The notes under the pieces: generated by a model
What the model saw: only the letters and a program-made list of their open reading frames with translations
What the model was told of the DNA's origin: nothing
Database searches by the model: none
In this document: positions 21,471 through 31,207 of the stretch, one piece after another
Numbering within the stretch: the stretch's first letter is position 1
How the letters are laid out: every line of letters starts with the position of its first letter
NCBI GenBank assembly: GCA_965218975.1
Contig: OZ244717.1
Span: 544,001-608,000, forward strand
Reading direction: 5' to 3'
Length of the DNA: 64,000 nucleotides
From: Candidatus Oxydemutatoraceae bacterium
GTDB lineage: Bacteria; Pseudomonadota; Gammaproteobacteria; Poriferisulfidales; Oxydemutatoraceae
Translations under genes and position numbers: made by a program

Positions 21471-22185
21471 GTTGTCAGTAAAGTGCCTGTCGTCCATGAC
21501 GAGACTTGGTTCTGTCAATGAACGCCAGCCCCGACGTCTTTGTCGAGTCGTTCGCCGTTGAAAACCGATCGGTTTTCAGGGCACGTCTCACCCTGCGCCA
21601 GGCTTATCCGAATTTCGGCAGCAGTAAAGTCTTTGAGCTGATGAAACCGTTTTGTGTTTGTTGCAGTGTTATCAGCAAAGTGTCTGTCGTCCGTGACGAG
21701 ACTTGGTTCTGTCAATGAACGCCAGCCCCGACGTCCTTGTCGAGTCGTTCGCCGCTGAAAACCGATCGGTTTTCCGGGCGCGTTTCACCCTGCGCCAGGC
21801 TTATCAGAATTTCGGCAGCAGTAAAGTCTTTGAGCTGATGAAACCATTTTGTGTTTGCTGCCGGATTATCGGCAAAGTGCCTGTCGTCCATGACAAGACT
21901 TGGTTCTGTCAATGAACGCCAGCCCCGACGTCCTTGTCGGGTCGTTCGCCGCTGAAAACCGATCGGTTTTCCGGGCGCGTCTCACCCTGCGCCAGGCTTA
22001 TCAGAATTTCGGCAGCAGTAAAGTCTTTGAGCTGATGAAACCATTTTGTGTTTGTTGCCGTGTTATCAGTAAAGTGTCTGTCGTCCGTGACGAGACTTGG
22101 TTCTGTCAATGAGCACCAGCCCGACGTCCTTGTCGGGTCGTTCGCCGCTGAAAACCGATCGGTTTTCCGGGCGCGTTTCACCCTG
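21471..22185 (+). repeat. Tandem array with 197-bp period (element + short transposase segment), about 3.6 units
   Basis: Units end in TCACCCTG at 21595, 21792, 21989 and 22185. Confidence 0.96.
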
Positions 22186-22385
22186 ACGGACGGCGGGAGT
22201 GAGTTTCAAGGACAGTTTGCCCGGCTCATCCGGGAATCACCCGTGATTGAGCAGTGGCTGACCTATCCCAAGTGTCCAAAAATGAACGCGCACATCAAGC
22301 GCTTCAACCGCACCGTCCAAGAAGATTGTATCAATCATGCAGAAGACCTGCTATTCGCCGATACGGAAGCATTCAATGACCGGTT

Positions 22386-22644
22386 ATGAAACCGTTTTGT
22401 GTTTGTTGGTGGATGCTCAGCAAAGTGCCTGTCGTCCATGACGAGACTTGGTTCTGTTAATGAACGCCAGCCCCGACGTCCTTGTCGGGTCGTTCACCGC
22501 TGAAAACCGGTCGGTTTTCCGGGCGCGTCTCACCCTGCTCGTCCATGACGAGACTTGGTTCTGTCAATGAACGCCAGCCCCGACGTCCTTGTCGGGTCGT
22601 TCGCTGCTGAAAACCGATCGGTTTTCCGGGCGCGTCTCACCCTG
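22386..22644 (+). repeat. Two 5'-truncated copies of the ~175-bp element
   Basis: 22386-22537 and 22539-22644, both ending GTCTCACCCTG. Confidence 0.92.
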
Positions 22645-22811
22645 CACCGTCCTCATGCCAACAATGGACAGAAAGCACCGATCCGAATGTTACTGCCGAA
22701 CGCTTCCCCCGAAGCCTTTCAAAAATCCCATTTAGGGTGGCATCGTACAACTACTTGTCAGGTTGCGCGACGATACATATAATCGGCTACCTAAACTATT
22801 AGGAGGATTCA

Positions 22812-22898
22812 ATGCCGTTTGAAAACTATATTTCCCCGATTATTTTCTTTGCGGTGCTCATTTATCTTGAGTATCTAATTGCCAACGCGGCAGTTTAA
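22812..22898 (+). CDS. Putative 28-aa hydrophobic small protein
   Basis: AGGAGG RBS at 22801; translates MPFENYISPIIFFAVLIYLEYLIANAAV*. Confidence 0.4.
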   Translation: MPFENYISPIIFFAVLIYLEYLIANAAV

Positions 22899-23297
22899 TT
22901 AGAGCTACGCATAGCGCACATGTGATGCGCCGCATGCACGCTAAAAAATATTGAGCGACTATACAATATTTCTCGGAAGGTGATTTTCAGTGTGGTGGCT
23001 TTGCGTTGCCGACGATACATTATCCGACTATTTATTATTACTTTGAACTGAGCCGTATCTACTCTGATTTCGCTAGCATTGTCACCGTGTTATTTCTACA
23101 CGAGTTAAAGCGGATTGCTGCCCCATTCGGGGATCGTATACAACAGCGTATCCATTAGTAAGCGTACGGTATGAGTTCCAATACCTAAGGGAGGGTTACA
23201 TAACTTATAATCGGCGGCTTAGCGTTTCAGTACAATGCACGGTAAGTCGCTATGTCGCTTTTTGCCTCATTGATCTGAAAATTATCGGAGGTAGCAG

Positions 23298-23711
23298 ATG
23301 CTTACTCGACGCAATACATTAATTCTTCTAACAGTACTTTGGCCGGTGATGCTGGTAATGATCAGTGTTGTACGTTTTAGTATTGCAATGTTTTCGGACA
23401 TAATGTCATCGCCCGTGCAAGCTTTATTCGGTTTTTTATCCGGTTTGTTGATTTTTGCGTTGATCGGATGGCTGTCGGGTTTGTTGTTGTTAGCCTTTAT
23501 TAAGCCGGGGCGTTCTACGGCAAATATCGGTGCAGTCGTCGGGTATATCATCGCGGCAGTGCCGGCAGCTTGGTTTGCGATTGTAGGCGGATTATTGTTT
23601 CCGATTATTGGTCAAACGCTGTATGGACTGTCGGTTATTGGCATCGGAGTTGTCGCTGGTCGAATGTTCGGATCGTTGTTCGGGCGCATTGCTAAGCGTC
23701 TTAAAACTTAG
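23298..23711 (+). CDS. Hypothetical membrane protein (about 4 TM)
   Basis: GGAGG RBS and four hydrophobic segments. Confidence 0.75.
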   Translation: MLTRRNTLILLTVLWPVMLVMISVVRFSIAMFSDIMSSPVQALFGFLSGLLIFALIGWLSGLLLLAFIKPGRSTANIGAVVGYIIAAVPAAWFAIVGGLLFPIIGQTLYGLSVIGIGVVAGRMFGSLFGRIAKRLKT

Positions 23712-23723
23712 AGGGGCGATCCG

Positions 23724-24392
23724 GTGTTACAACGACGCCCTGAGCCTAATGAGCTCATGAATGGCGCCGAACAAGCGTACGCTTATGCGCATGCGGACTT
23801 TGAGACTGCACACCGCGCTCTGGTGGATTATTTGTGGCAGGTGTTTCCGGATTTTCCCGCAACTGCCAAAGTAATTGATCTTGGCTGTGGCGCTGCCGAC
23901 ATTGCGATTCGGTTGGCACGGCATTGCCCGCAGTGCACAGTGGTTGCGATTGATGGCGCACCGGCAATGCTTGCACATGCAAAAAGCGCTGTTCTTGCCG
24001 CCGGGCTACAGGACAGAATTGTGTTGCAATGTGTGATTTTATCCGAACAAAATTTGCTATCGGGGCACTATGACGCGGTTGTTTCCAACAGTCTTTTGCA
24101 TCACTTATATCAACCGAAGGTTTTGTGGCAAACGATTCAATTAGTCACAAAGCGCGGTGCGTATGTTTTTGTCGCCGATTTAATACGACCGGAAAGCGCC
24201 GCCGCTGCTAAAGACTTGACTATTCGCTATTCTGAGCGCGAGCCTGAAATTTTGCGGAAAGATTTCTATAACTCCTTGCTTGCGGCGTTTACTCCGGACG
24301 AGGTTCGGGCACAATTGGCGGTGGCGGCGCTCGGCCATTTGACAGTGGAAACGATTAGCGATCGACATATGGTTATTTATGGCCGTGTGTGA
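23724..24392 (+). CDS. Class I SAM-dependent methyltransferase
   Basis: VIDLGCGAAD, IDGAPAML, SNSLLHH. Confidence 0.9.
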   Translation: MLQRRPEPNELMNGAEQAYAYAHADFETAHRALVDYLWQVFPDFPATAKVIDLGCGAADIAIRLARHCPQCTVVAIDGAPAMLAHAKSAVLAAGLQDRIVLQCVILSEQNLLSGHYDAVVSNSLLHHLYQPKVLWQTIQLVTKRGAYVFVADLIRPESAAAAKDLTIRYSEREPEILRKDFYNSLLAAFTPDEVRAQLAVAALGHLTVETISDRHMVIYGRV

Positions 24393-24407
24393 CAAAAGAG
24401 GTTAATA

Positions 24408-25349
24408 ATGAGATTAGCTGATATAGAAAATCGTCTAAAAAAAATGAGCAGTTTGGGTAACAAATTCCTCATTGTCGACAATTTGGACGGCACGTTGGGC
24501 AATTCGGCGCACAAAGACGTTCTTGATTGTATCAATCAGGAAGGACCTAAGGAGTACAGAAAGTTTGATCAGATGTTGCTTATCACGCAAAGCATCAATG
24601 GTGCGGACTTTTGGGTGCGGGTTTTTAACTCTGATAAGACAGAGGCGGGACAATGCGGTAATGGCGTACGTTGTGTCGCGCAATATGCACGAGACGAAGG
24701 GTTGGTAGATGGGAATATTGTGCATATTCAAACGCAAGATGGGAAAGGCGGTGTGACAAGCCATGCCGGCAACACGGCAGCAAATCCCTCTTCTTATAGA
24801 GTGGTGGTAGCTAAATTGTTGAACGATATGAACGTTCGAGCAAACATAGGACCGCCGATTTTTGATCCTGACAAAGTGCCGTTTCGCACAAGTGTGCGAG
24901 CAGACTACTATCTGATCGAATTGGACTGTTTATCGTCCCAGCTGAAGGAGAAGTTCCACTGTGTGCTGAAAAAGGTCGGTATTGTTTCTATGGGTAACCC
25001 GCATGCGGTCATGCAAGTGGATAGTATTGACGAGTATAGCGCCGATGAAGTTGATGCGATCGGCACCATTTTCCAGCGACAAGAACTTTTATTTCCGGAG
25101 CAAATAAATGTTGGGTTGATGCAGGTGCAAACCCGAAGCTATATTCGTTTGCGAGTGTATGAACGTGGTGTCGGCGAAACGAAAGCATGTGGAAGCGGCG
25201 CGTGTGCGGCGGTTGCTGTCGGGAGACAGTGGGGCATGTTGAATAATGCGGTGCAAGTGGAGTTGCCGGGCGGGATGTTGATCGTTGAGCAGGATGCGAA
25301 AGGAAATTTAACGCTGACTGGCCCGGTGGAATCTTCTTGGGAAGATTAA
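24408..25349 (+). CDS. dapF: Diaminopimelate epimerase
   Basis: QCGNGVRC, SMGNPH, ERGVGETKACGSGA; dapF-DUF484-xerC synteny. Confidence 0.95.
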   Translation: MRLADIENRLKKMSSLGNKFLIVDNLDGTLGNSAHKDVLDCINQEGPKEYRKFDQMLLITQSINGADFWVRVFNSDKTEAGQCGNGVRCVAQYARDEGLVDGNIVHIQTQDGKGGVTSHAGNTAANPSSYRVVVAKLLNDMNVRANIGPPIFDPDKVPFRTSVRADYYLIELDCLSSQLKEKFHCVLKKVGIVSMGNPHAVMQVDSIDEYSADEVDAIGTIFQRQELLFPEQINVGLMQVQTRSYIRLRVYERGVGETKACGSGACAAVAVGRQWGMLNNAVQVELPGGMLIVEQDAKGNLTLTGPVESSWED

Positions 25350-25795
25350 TTAGGGATTAGCGAGGCAATCATGCTGAAATTAGAGTATCGCGGCTAATGC
25401 GCACGATGGCGGTGTAATGATTTGAAATGATCTCTTCTTTTCGGCTCGAGATTTCAGGGCCATATCGGGCTATTTTTTTTAAGCTTCTCTTTGGTTCTGA
25501 TTAGTGATTAAAAAGTTTGAATGTATTGGTTGACCCCATACGCAACTTCTCGATTGAGCATCGAGGAAGCCGCCGTTTTATAAGGTTTTCCGTATATAAT
25601 CGCAACAATTATTTCGAATAGACCTCCTCATGGATAAATATCATAATCATGTTTTGTGATAGTCATCTTGACCGGTGGGGCACGGACTCATTGCTGGCAA
25701 AGGGGAAAGGTTTAGCTAAACGTGCGCGAGAGAGCATTTTGATACGAGGTCTGCTCTTTGCTCACAAATGTAAATGTATATGAGCGATTCAGTAT

Positions 25796-26563
25796 ATGAG
25801 TGATTCACACTCAAGCAAAAGTCAAAATCCGTCAGACACTTCCGTACGGCAAGCGGTGGAATCCGAGTTAAGTGCTGACGAGGTGTTAGCTTATCTGCTT
25901 GCGCATCGTGACTTTTATCAGCGTTACCCGGAAGCATTTGCCGGTCTGCAACTCGCTCATCAGGTAACCGACAGTGCATCGTTATTGGAAAAGCAAATAG
26001 AAGTGCTGCGCGATAGAAATCGAGAATTAACCAATAAGCTAAAAGTCATGGTGGCAACAGTGCGAAAAAATGAATCCCTCAGTTTGGCGTTGCACTACCT
26101 CGCAATCCGGCTATTGAGCGTCTTAGTAGACGGCGCCAAGCTTGAGTTTCGCGATCGGAAAATTAGTGCCATAAAGCAAGTTTGCGGCGAAGTGTTTCAT
26201 GAACGATTTCCCGACACGAAAATTTTTTTGCATTGGTTTGCTGAATTTATTAATGATAATTCCGACAACACATTATCGATTATTCGCCGCGACGACCAGC
26301 GTATTGCCGGTTTGCTACATCGGGTATTTTCAACCGGGAAGCCGGATTGTAGCCGTCTGACTAAACCTCAATGTATTGTTTTATTGCCGCAGCTAAACAG
26401 TAGCGTCGCGTCGACAGCCGTAGTACCGTTGCAACAGCCTAAGTTCGGATCAAAGATAGGTCTGTTAGTGTTATATAGTTCTGACGCCAACAAATTCTCA
26501 CCGGGCAAGGGGACTATGTTTTTAGTTCAATTGGCGCAATTGATTGAACACTCTTGCGGCTAG
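25796..26563 (+). CDS. DUF484 (YigA-like) protein
   Basis: YLLAHRDF, SLLEKQIEVLR, GKGTMFL; sits between dapF and xerC. Confidence 0.85.
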   Translation: MSDSHSSKSQNPSDTSVRQAVESELSADEVLAYLLAHRDFYQRYPEAFAGLQLAHQVTDSASLLEKQIEVLRDRNRELTNKLKVMVATVRKNESLSLALHYLAIRLLSVLVDGAKLEFRDRKISAIKQVCGEVFHERFPDTKIFLHWFAEFINDNSDNTLSIIRRDDQRIAGLLHRVFSTGKPDCSRLTKPQCIVLLPQLNSSVASTAVVPLQQPKFGSKIGLLVLYSSDANKFSPGKGTMFLVQLAQLIEHSCG

Positions 26564-26617
26564 TTTAAAAAATGTTCAAAATGTTCCTTGATAAACTATT
26601 TTTTGGCAGGTAAGCGG

Positions 26618-27514
26618 ATGATATTTGGCAAAGCAGTTACAGAATTTCTTTCTATGCTTCGCTACGAGAAAAATTATTCGAAAAATACGATTCGTAGCTA
26701 CGACCACGACCTCAAGCATTTTCGACGCTTTCTTGTTGCGTTCGAACTTGAGGGTCGCTGGCGCAGACTTGATGCGGAGCAGATTCGTAGTTACATCTCA
26801 CAGCGGTATTTTGCCGGTTCGGGAGGGCGGACTTTGCAGCGTCATCTATCTTGCTTAAGAAGCTTTTATCAATACCACCTATCCTGCGGTAGCGTAACCG
26901 TCAATCCGGTTGAAGGGATACGACCGCCGCGTTCGGATAAAAAACTGCCGAAAACTTTGACGATTGAGCAAATTTCACAACTGCTAAATAATCCGACGAC
27001 GGATTTTTTAGAGATCCGTGATGTTGCAATGGCGGAGCTCTCTTACTCTTCAGGTTTGCGTTTGGCGGAACTGATTTCGTTGACGCTTGATGGCATTGAT
27101 TTGGAGGCGGGAATTGTCTCCGTTATCGGTAAAGGTTCCAAGCAGCGCAGGCTTCCGGTCGGCAAATGTGCGCGCAATGCTATTCAGCGGTGGCTGAAGA
27201 TTCGGACTCAGTTTGCTGGGGAAGAAGAGGCGGCTTTATTTGTCGGTCGTCAAGGACATGCTTTGACCGCGCGAGCGGTGCAGAAACGTTTTGCCGCTCT
27301 TGCATTCAAGAAAGCATTGAGCGTGCATTTGCATCCGCATTTGCTACGTCATTCCTTTGCCAGTCATCTGCTTGAATCATCAGGTGATTTGCGGGCAGTT
27401 CAAGAACTATTGGGTCACGCCGATATTAGTACGACTCAAATTTACACCCATTTAGATTTTCAGCATTTGGCAAAAGTTTATGATGAAGCGCATCCGCGCG
27501 CTAAGCGCCGGTGA
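26618..27514 (+). CDS. xerC: Tyrosine recombinase XerC
   Basis: SGLRLAEL, GKGSKQR, HPHLLRHSFASH, VQELLGHADISTTQIYTH; synteny. Start approximate. Confidence 0.95.
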   Translation: MIFGKAVTEFLSMLRYEKNYSKNTIRSYDHDLKHFRRFLVAFELEGRWRRLDAEQIRSYISQRYFAGSGGRTLQRHLSCLRSFYQYHLSCGSVTVNPVEGIRPPRSDKKLPKTLTIEQISQLLNNPTTDFLEIRDVAMAELSYSSGLRLAELISLTLDGIDLEAGIVSVIGKGSKQRRLPVGKCARNAIQRWLKIRTQFAGEEEAALFVGRQGHALTARAVQKRFAALAFKKALSVHLHPHLLRHSFASHLLESSGDLRAVQELLGHADISTTQIYTHLDFQHLAKVYDEAHPRAKRR

Positions 27515-27591
27515 TTATTAGGTCGGCATCCATTCAACCGGATGTTGTAAAATAGTTTACCTTATGAGATTAAGACGACAAGAATAAGTTT

Positions 27592-28116
27592 ATGCATGGG
27601 ACAACGATAGTCTCGGTTCGCAAAGATAATCAAGTAGTACTAGGTGGTGACGGACAAGTTACTCTGCAGAATATTGTGATGAAGTCCAATGCACGTAAAG
27701 TGCGTCGTCTGTATCACGATAAAGTGCTAGCGGGGTTTGCCGGCGGTACGGCGGATGCATTTGCTCTGCTGGAACGTTTTGAGGGTAAGATTGAGGAACA
27801 CGGAGGTAATTTAACGCGTTCCGCATTGGAACTGGCAAAAGACTGGCGCACCGATAGAATGCTACGTCGTTTGGAGGCCCTGCTGGCGGTTGTAGACAAG
27901 GAACAGTCGTTGATTATTTCCGGCAACGGCGATGTGATCGAACCGGAAAACGGATTGATTGCCATTGGTTCGGGTGGCGCGTATGCACAAGCGGCGGCAA
28001 GCGCGCTGATCGCACATAGTGACTTAGGCGCAAAAGAAATCGTTGAACGATCTTTAGCCATTGCTGCTGGTATTTGTATCTATACAAATACCAATTTAAC
28101 TGTTGAGATTTTATGA
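27592..28116 (+). CDS. hslV: ATP-dependent protease subunit HslV
   Basis: [28 protein letters not shown]. Confidence 0.98.
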   Translation: MHGTTIVSVRKDNQVVLGGDGQVTLQNIVMKSNARKVRRLYHDKVLAGFAGGTADAFALLERFEGKIEEHGGNLTRSALELAKDWRTDRMLRRLEALLAVVDKEQSLIISGNGDVIEPENGLIAIGSGGAYAQAAASALIAHSDLGAKEIVERSLAIAAGICIYTNTNLTVEIL

Positions 28117-28126
28117 AGGTAAGCGG

Positions 28127-29422
28127 ATGATGACTCCCCGGGAAGTAGTGCGTGAATTAGACCGACACATTGTGGGCCAAGATCAGGCTAAACGAGCGGT
28201 TGCGATTGCCTTGCGCAACCGTTGGCGCCGGATACAGTTAAGCGAACAGCTGCGCCGTGAAATTTTTCCAAAGAATATTTTAATGATCGGTTCAACCGGT
28301 ATCGGCAAAACTGAGATTGCGCGACGACTTGCACATTTGTCCGATGCTCCTTTTACCAAAGTTGAAGCGACTAAATTTACTGAGGTTGGTTATGTCGGGC
28401 GCAATGTCGAGTCAATCATCCGTGATTTATGTAGTGTCGCGGTGAAGCAAATGCGTGAACGGGAGACTGACCGAGTGTATCATCGTGCTGAGGAAATTGC
28501 TGAAGACATTATCTTGGAAGCATTATTGAAAAGCGGACGGTATGGTTCCGATCGTCAAATGCTGCGGGTACGCTTTCGTCAGAAAGAGATAGACGATGAA
28601 GAAATTGATATCACAGTTGCAGCGTTATCTGCCAATGTCGAGATCATGACGCCACCGGGTATGGAAGGGTTGACCAATCAATTGCAAGGGATGTTTGATA
28701 AGCTCGCCGGCGGCCAACGTCAGTCGCGACGATTGAAAGTTCATCAAGCGTTCAAAACACTGACTCAGGAAGAAGCACAAAAATTAATTGATGATGAAGA
28801 TCTCAAAGGGAAGGCGCTCGAGAGTGTTGAGCAAAATGGAATTGTTTTTATCGATGAGATTGATAAAGTTGTCAAACGTAGCGAGAGTGTCGGCGGAGGG
28901 GATATTTCGCGCGAAGGTGTTCAGCGCGATTTGCTGCCATTGGTTGAGGGTTGTACGGTCAGCACTAAATACGGCACGGTGAAAACCGATCACATCCTAT
29001 TTATCGCATCGGGTGCGTTCCATACGAGCAAACCTTCCGATTTGGTTCCGGAACTACAGGGTCGATTCCCGATCCGTGTTGAGTTGCAAGAATTAACTGC
29101 GAAGGAGTTTGTCAAAATTCTTAAGGATACCGATGTCTCATTAGTTTATCAGTACGCCAAGCTAATGGAAACTGAGGAAGTGAAGCTGGAATTCACCGAT
29201 GATGCGATTCGTCGCATTGCTGAGATTGCTTATGAAGTCAATGCGAGAACCGAAAATATCGGCGCGCGCCGTTTACATACTGCGATGGAGTATTTGCTTG
29301 AGGAAATTTCTTTCACCGCGCCGGATAATAGCGGGAAGCACGAAGTGATTGATGTTGAGTATGTTGAGAAAAATCTTGCTCCGCTGGCAGAAGATGAAGA
29401 TTTGAGCCGTTACATTCTTTAA
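28127..29422 (+). CDS. hslU: ATP-dependent protease ATPase subunit HslU
   Basis: [39 protein letters not shown]. Confidence 0.98.
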   Translation: MMTPREVVRELDRHIVGQDQAKRAVAIALRNRWRRIQLSEQLRREIFPKNILMIGSTGIGKTEIARRLAHLSDAPFTKVEATKFTEVGYVGRNVESIIRDLCSVAVKQMRERETDRVYHRAEEIAEDIILEALLKSGRYGSDRQMLRVRFRQKEIDDEEIDITVAALSANVEIMTPPGMEGLTNQLQGMFDKLAGGQRQSRRLKVHQAFKTLTQEEAQKLIDDEDLKGKALESVEQNGIVFIDEIDKVVKRSESVGGGDISREGVQRDLLPLVEGCTVSTKYGTVKTDHILFIASGAFHTSKPSDLVPELQGRFPIRVELQELTAKEFVKILKDTDVSLVYQYAKLMETEEVKLEFTDDAIRRIAEIAYEVNARTENIGARRLHTAMEYLLEEISFTAPDNSGKHEVIDVEYVEKNLAPLAEDEDLSRYIL

Positions 29423-29440
29423 CATTTTATTACGGAACCG

Positions 29441-29812
29441 ATGTCGCAACATCTACCCACCGATATTCAGCTGTATCAGCAGTCACGTGTGCTGGAAGTT
29501 ATGTTTGATAATGGTGCGGCTTTCAAAATGAGTTGTGAATATTTACGGGTTTTTTCCCCGTCCGCCGAAGTAATGGGACACGGCGGCGGTGAAGGCAAGT
29601 TACAAATCGGCAAGGAGGATATCAACATCATTTCAATTGAGCCGGTTGGTAATTATGCAATTAAATTAGTTTACGATGACGGGCATAGCAGCGGCATTTA
29701 CTCTTGGGATTACTTGTACAGTTTGGGTGTCAATCAGATGCAAAACTGGCAACGTTATCTGGAGCGTCTCGCCGCGGCGGGTTATCAGCGCAAAGAGAGG
29801 CGGTTTAGTTGA
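29441..29812 (+). CDS. DUF971 / gamma-butyrobetaine hydroxylase N-terminal-like protein
   Basis: EYLRVFSPSAEV, PVGNYAI, DDGHSSGIYSW. Confidence 0.9.
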   Translation: MSQHLPTDIQLYQQSRVLEVMFDNGAAFKMSCEYLRVFSPSAEVMGHGGGEGKLQIGKEDINIISIEPVGNYAIKLVYDDGHSSGIYSWDYLYSLGVNQMQNWQRYLERLAAAGYQRKERRFS

Positions 29813-29816
29813 TCAC

Positions 29817-30554
29817 ATGGCTAAGAGAGTTCATTTTGGTTATCGAAAAGTTAGGCTAACAGAAAAAACCGAATTGGTCGGTAAAGTCTTTCAATCCGTT
29901 GCCCGCCGTTATGATTTGATGAACGATTTGATGTCGTTTGGTATTCATCGGCTATGGAAGCGCCATACTGTTTTTTTATGCGCGGCGCGACGGAAGCAGC
30001 AGATTTTGGACCTCGCCGGCGGCACCGGTGATTTGGCAGCGGGTTTACACGCCGATCTTAAAGGAAATGCCGAGATTGTTGTTGCTGATATCAATATGGC
30101 AATGCTTAAAGTCGGTCGTGCACGTTTGATTGATCGAGGGATTAACACATTAAAATTTGTTCGTTGCGACGCCGAGCTGTTGCCGTTTGCCGATAACAGC
30201 TTTGATCGAGTGGTGATGGGGTTTGGATTGCGCAATGTTACCGATAAATCCGCTGCGCTATCTGCGGTGCAACGCGTTCTAAAACCAGGCGGATATATTT
30301 TGGTGCTTGAATTTTCACAAGTCAAAGAATGGCTTGCGCCAATTTATGATTTGTGGTCTTTTACCGTGTTGCCGTTGCTTGGACGTGTGGTTGCCGGTGA
30401 TCAAGAAAGTTATCGCTATCTGGCCGAATCAATACGGATGCATCCGAATCAAGAAGCATTGCTACGTTTGATGGAGGATGCGGGTTTGAAACGTTGCGAG
30501 TATTTTAATTTGTCGCAAGGTATTGTCGCCATCCATCGCGGTTATAAGCTATGA
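29817..30554 (+). CDS. ubiE: Ubiquinone/menaquinone C-methyltransferase
   Basis: YDLMNDLMSFGIHRLWK, LDLAGGTGD, FGLRNVT, YLAESIR. Confidence 0.97.
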   Translation: MAKRVHFGYRKVRLTEKTELVGKVFQSVARRYDLMNDLMSFGIHRLWKRHTVFLCAARRKQQILDLAGGTGDLAAGLHADLKGNAEIVVADINMAMLKVGRARLIDRGINTLKFVRCDAELLPFADNSFDRVVMGFGLRNVTDKSAALSAVQRVLKPGGYILVLEFSQVKEWLAPIYDLWSFTVLPLLGRVVAGDQESYRYLAESIRMHPNQEALLRLMEDAGLKRCEYFNLSQGIVAIHRGYKL

Positions 30555-31207
30555 GAAGGTTTGATCATATTTCGGTTGGTTCCGATCAGGTTTTATCGTT
30601 TGCACATCGTGCGTTTGCATCGATAGCTGAACGGATGATCAATACTCGCCTGCGGATGAATCCTGAGGTGGCAGCAAATCTGTACGAGTTGAGTGAAAAA
30701 ATGATCGGATTGGAAATCACGACATTGGGTTTACGGACATTTTTTACACCGGATACCGAATCCGAACCGCTGCGAATTCGAGTAGAAGCGTCGTCGCAAT
30801 CGGAACCGACAACTTGGATACGTGGCAGCATTGTAAATTTAATTAAAATGACGCGGGAGGGGCATCGCTCCGGCGCTCAATTGGAAATTTCCGGCGATAT
30901 CGGAGCTGGAGAAACATTTCAGCATATTTTGCGTGAAGCGGAGCTAGATTGGGAAGAATTGCTTGCGCAGTTTGTCGGTGATATTCCCGCACATCAAGTC
31001 GGCAAAGGGGCGAATGCGATTAATCGTTGTACCCGCCGTGCGATCAATTCCGTTGCATTTAGCGCAGGCGAGTATTTGCGTGAAGAGATTGATCTTGCGG
31101 TTGATGCAAGGCAAATCAATAAATTTATCGATCAAGTAGATAGGTTGCGCGACGATGTTAGCAGACTTGTGGCGCGTGTCGATCGTTTGCGGGGGAAACA
31201 TCGATAA
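30551..31207 (+). CDS. ubiJ: Ubiquinone biosynthesis accessory factor (SCP2 domain)
   Basis: DWEELLAQFVGD, EYLREE; lies between ubiE and ubiB. Confidence 0.88.
   Translation: MRRFDHISVGSDQVLSFAHRAFASIAERMINTRLRMNPEVAANLYELSEKMIGLEITTLGLRTFFTPDTESEPLRIRVEASSQSEPTTWIRGSIVNLIKMTREGHRSGAQLEISGDIGAGETFQHILREAELDWEELLAQFVGDIPAHQVGKGANAINRCTRRAINSVAFSAGEYLREEIDLAVDARQINKFIDQVDRLRDDVSRLVARVDRLRGKHR

Larger units (their letters stand above)
21077..22749 (+). mobile_element. Composite nested IS481-family relic containing six copies of the ~175-bp element
   Basis: Left end of one subtype (TGCATAAG..TTTGGCACTCC) at 21077, left end of another (TGTATAGTGCC) at 21164, right end GGCATCGTACA at 22749. Transposase fragments MQYQHIGHRIKGF, LRQAYPNFG, LTDGGSEFQG, LHRPHA. 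Confidence 0.9.

Noticed and set aside
21630-21790. Hammerhead ribozyme or group II intron remnant in the nested element (CTGATGA present; 3' end TCACCCTG)
   Set aside because: I could not build stem II followed by GAAA for a hammerhead core, and there is no recognisable domain V hairpin.
21506-22181. Repeated 66-70 aa ORFs on both strands (MVLSMNASP..., MTEPSLV...)
   Set aside because: They have TTG starts without an RBS, are broken by indels in some copies and show no family motifs; they are by-products of the DNA repeat.
21471-22185. CRISPR array
   Set aside because: The period is 197 bp with nearly the whole unit conserved. There are no unique 30-40 bp spacers and no cas genes in the window.
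25350-25795. ncRNA or riboswitch in the long dapF-DUF484 spacer
   Set aside because: The spacer is AT-rich with no conserved motif or strong structure that I can identify; it may be decayed DNA.
26618-27514. Phage integrase marking a prophage
   Set aside because: Sequence and the dapF-DUF484-xerC-hslVU context identify housekeeping XerC.
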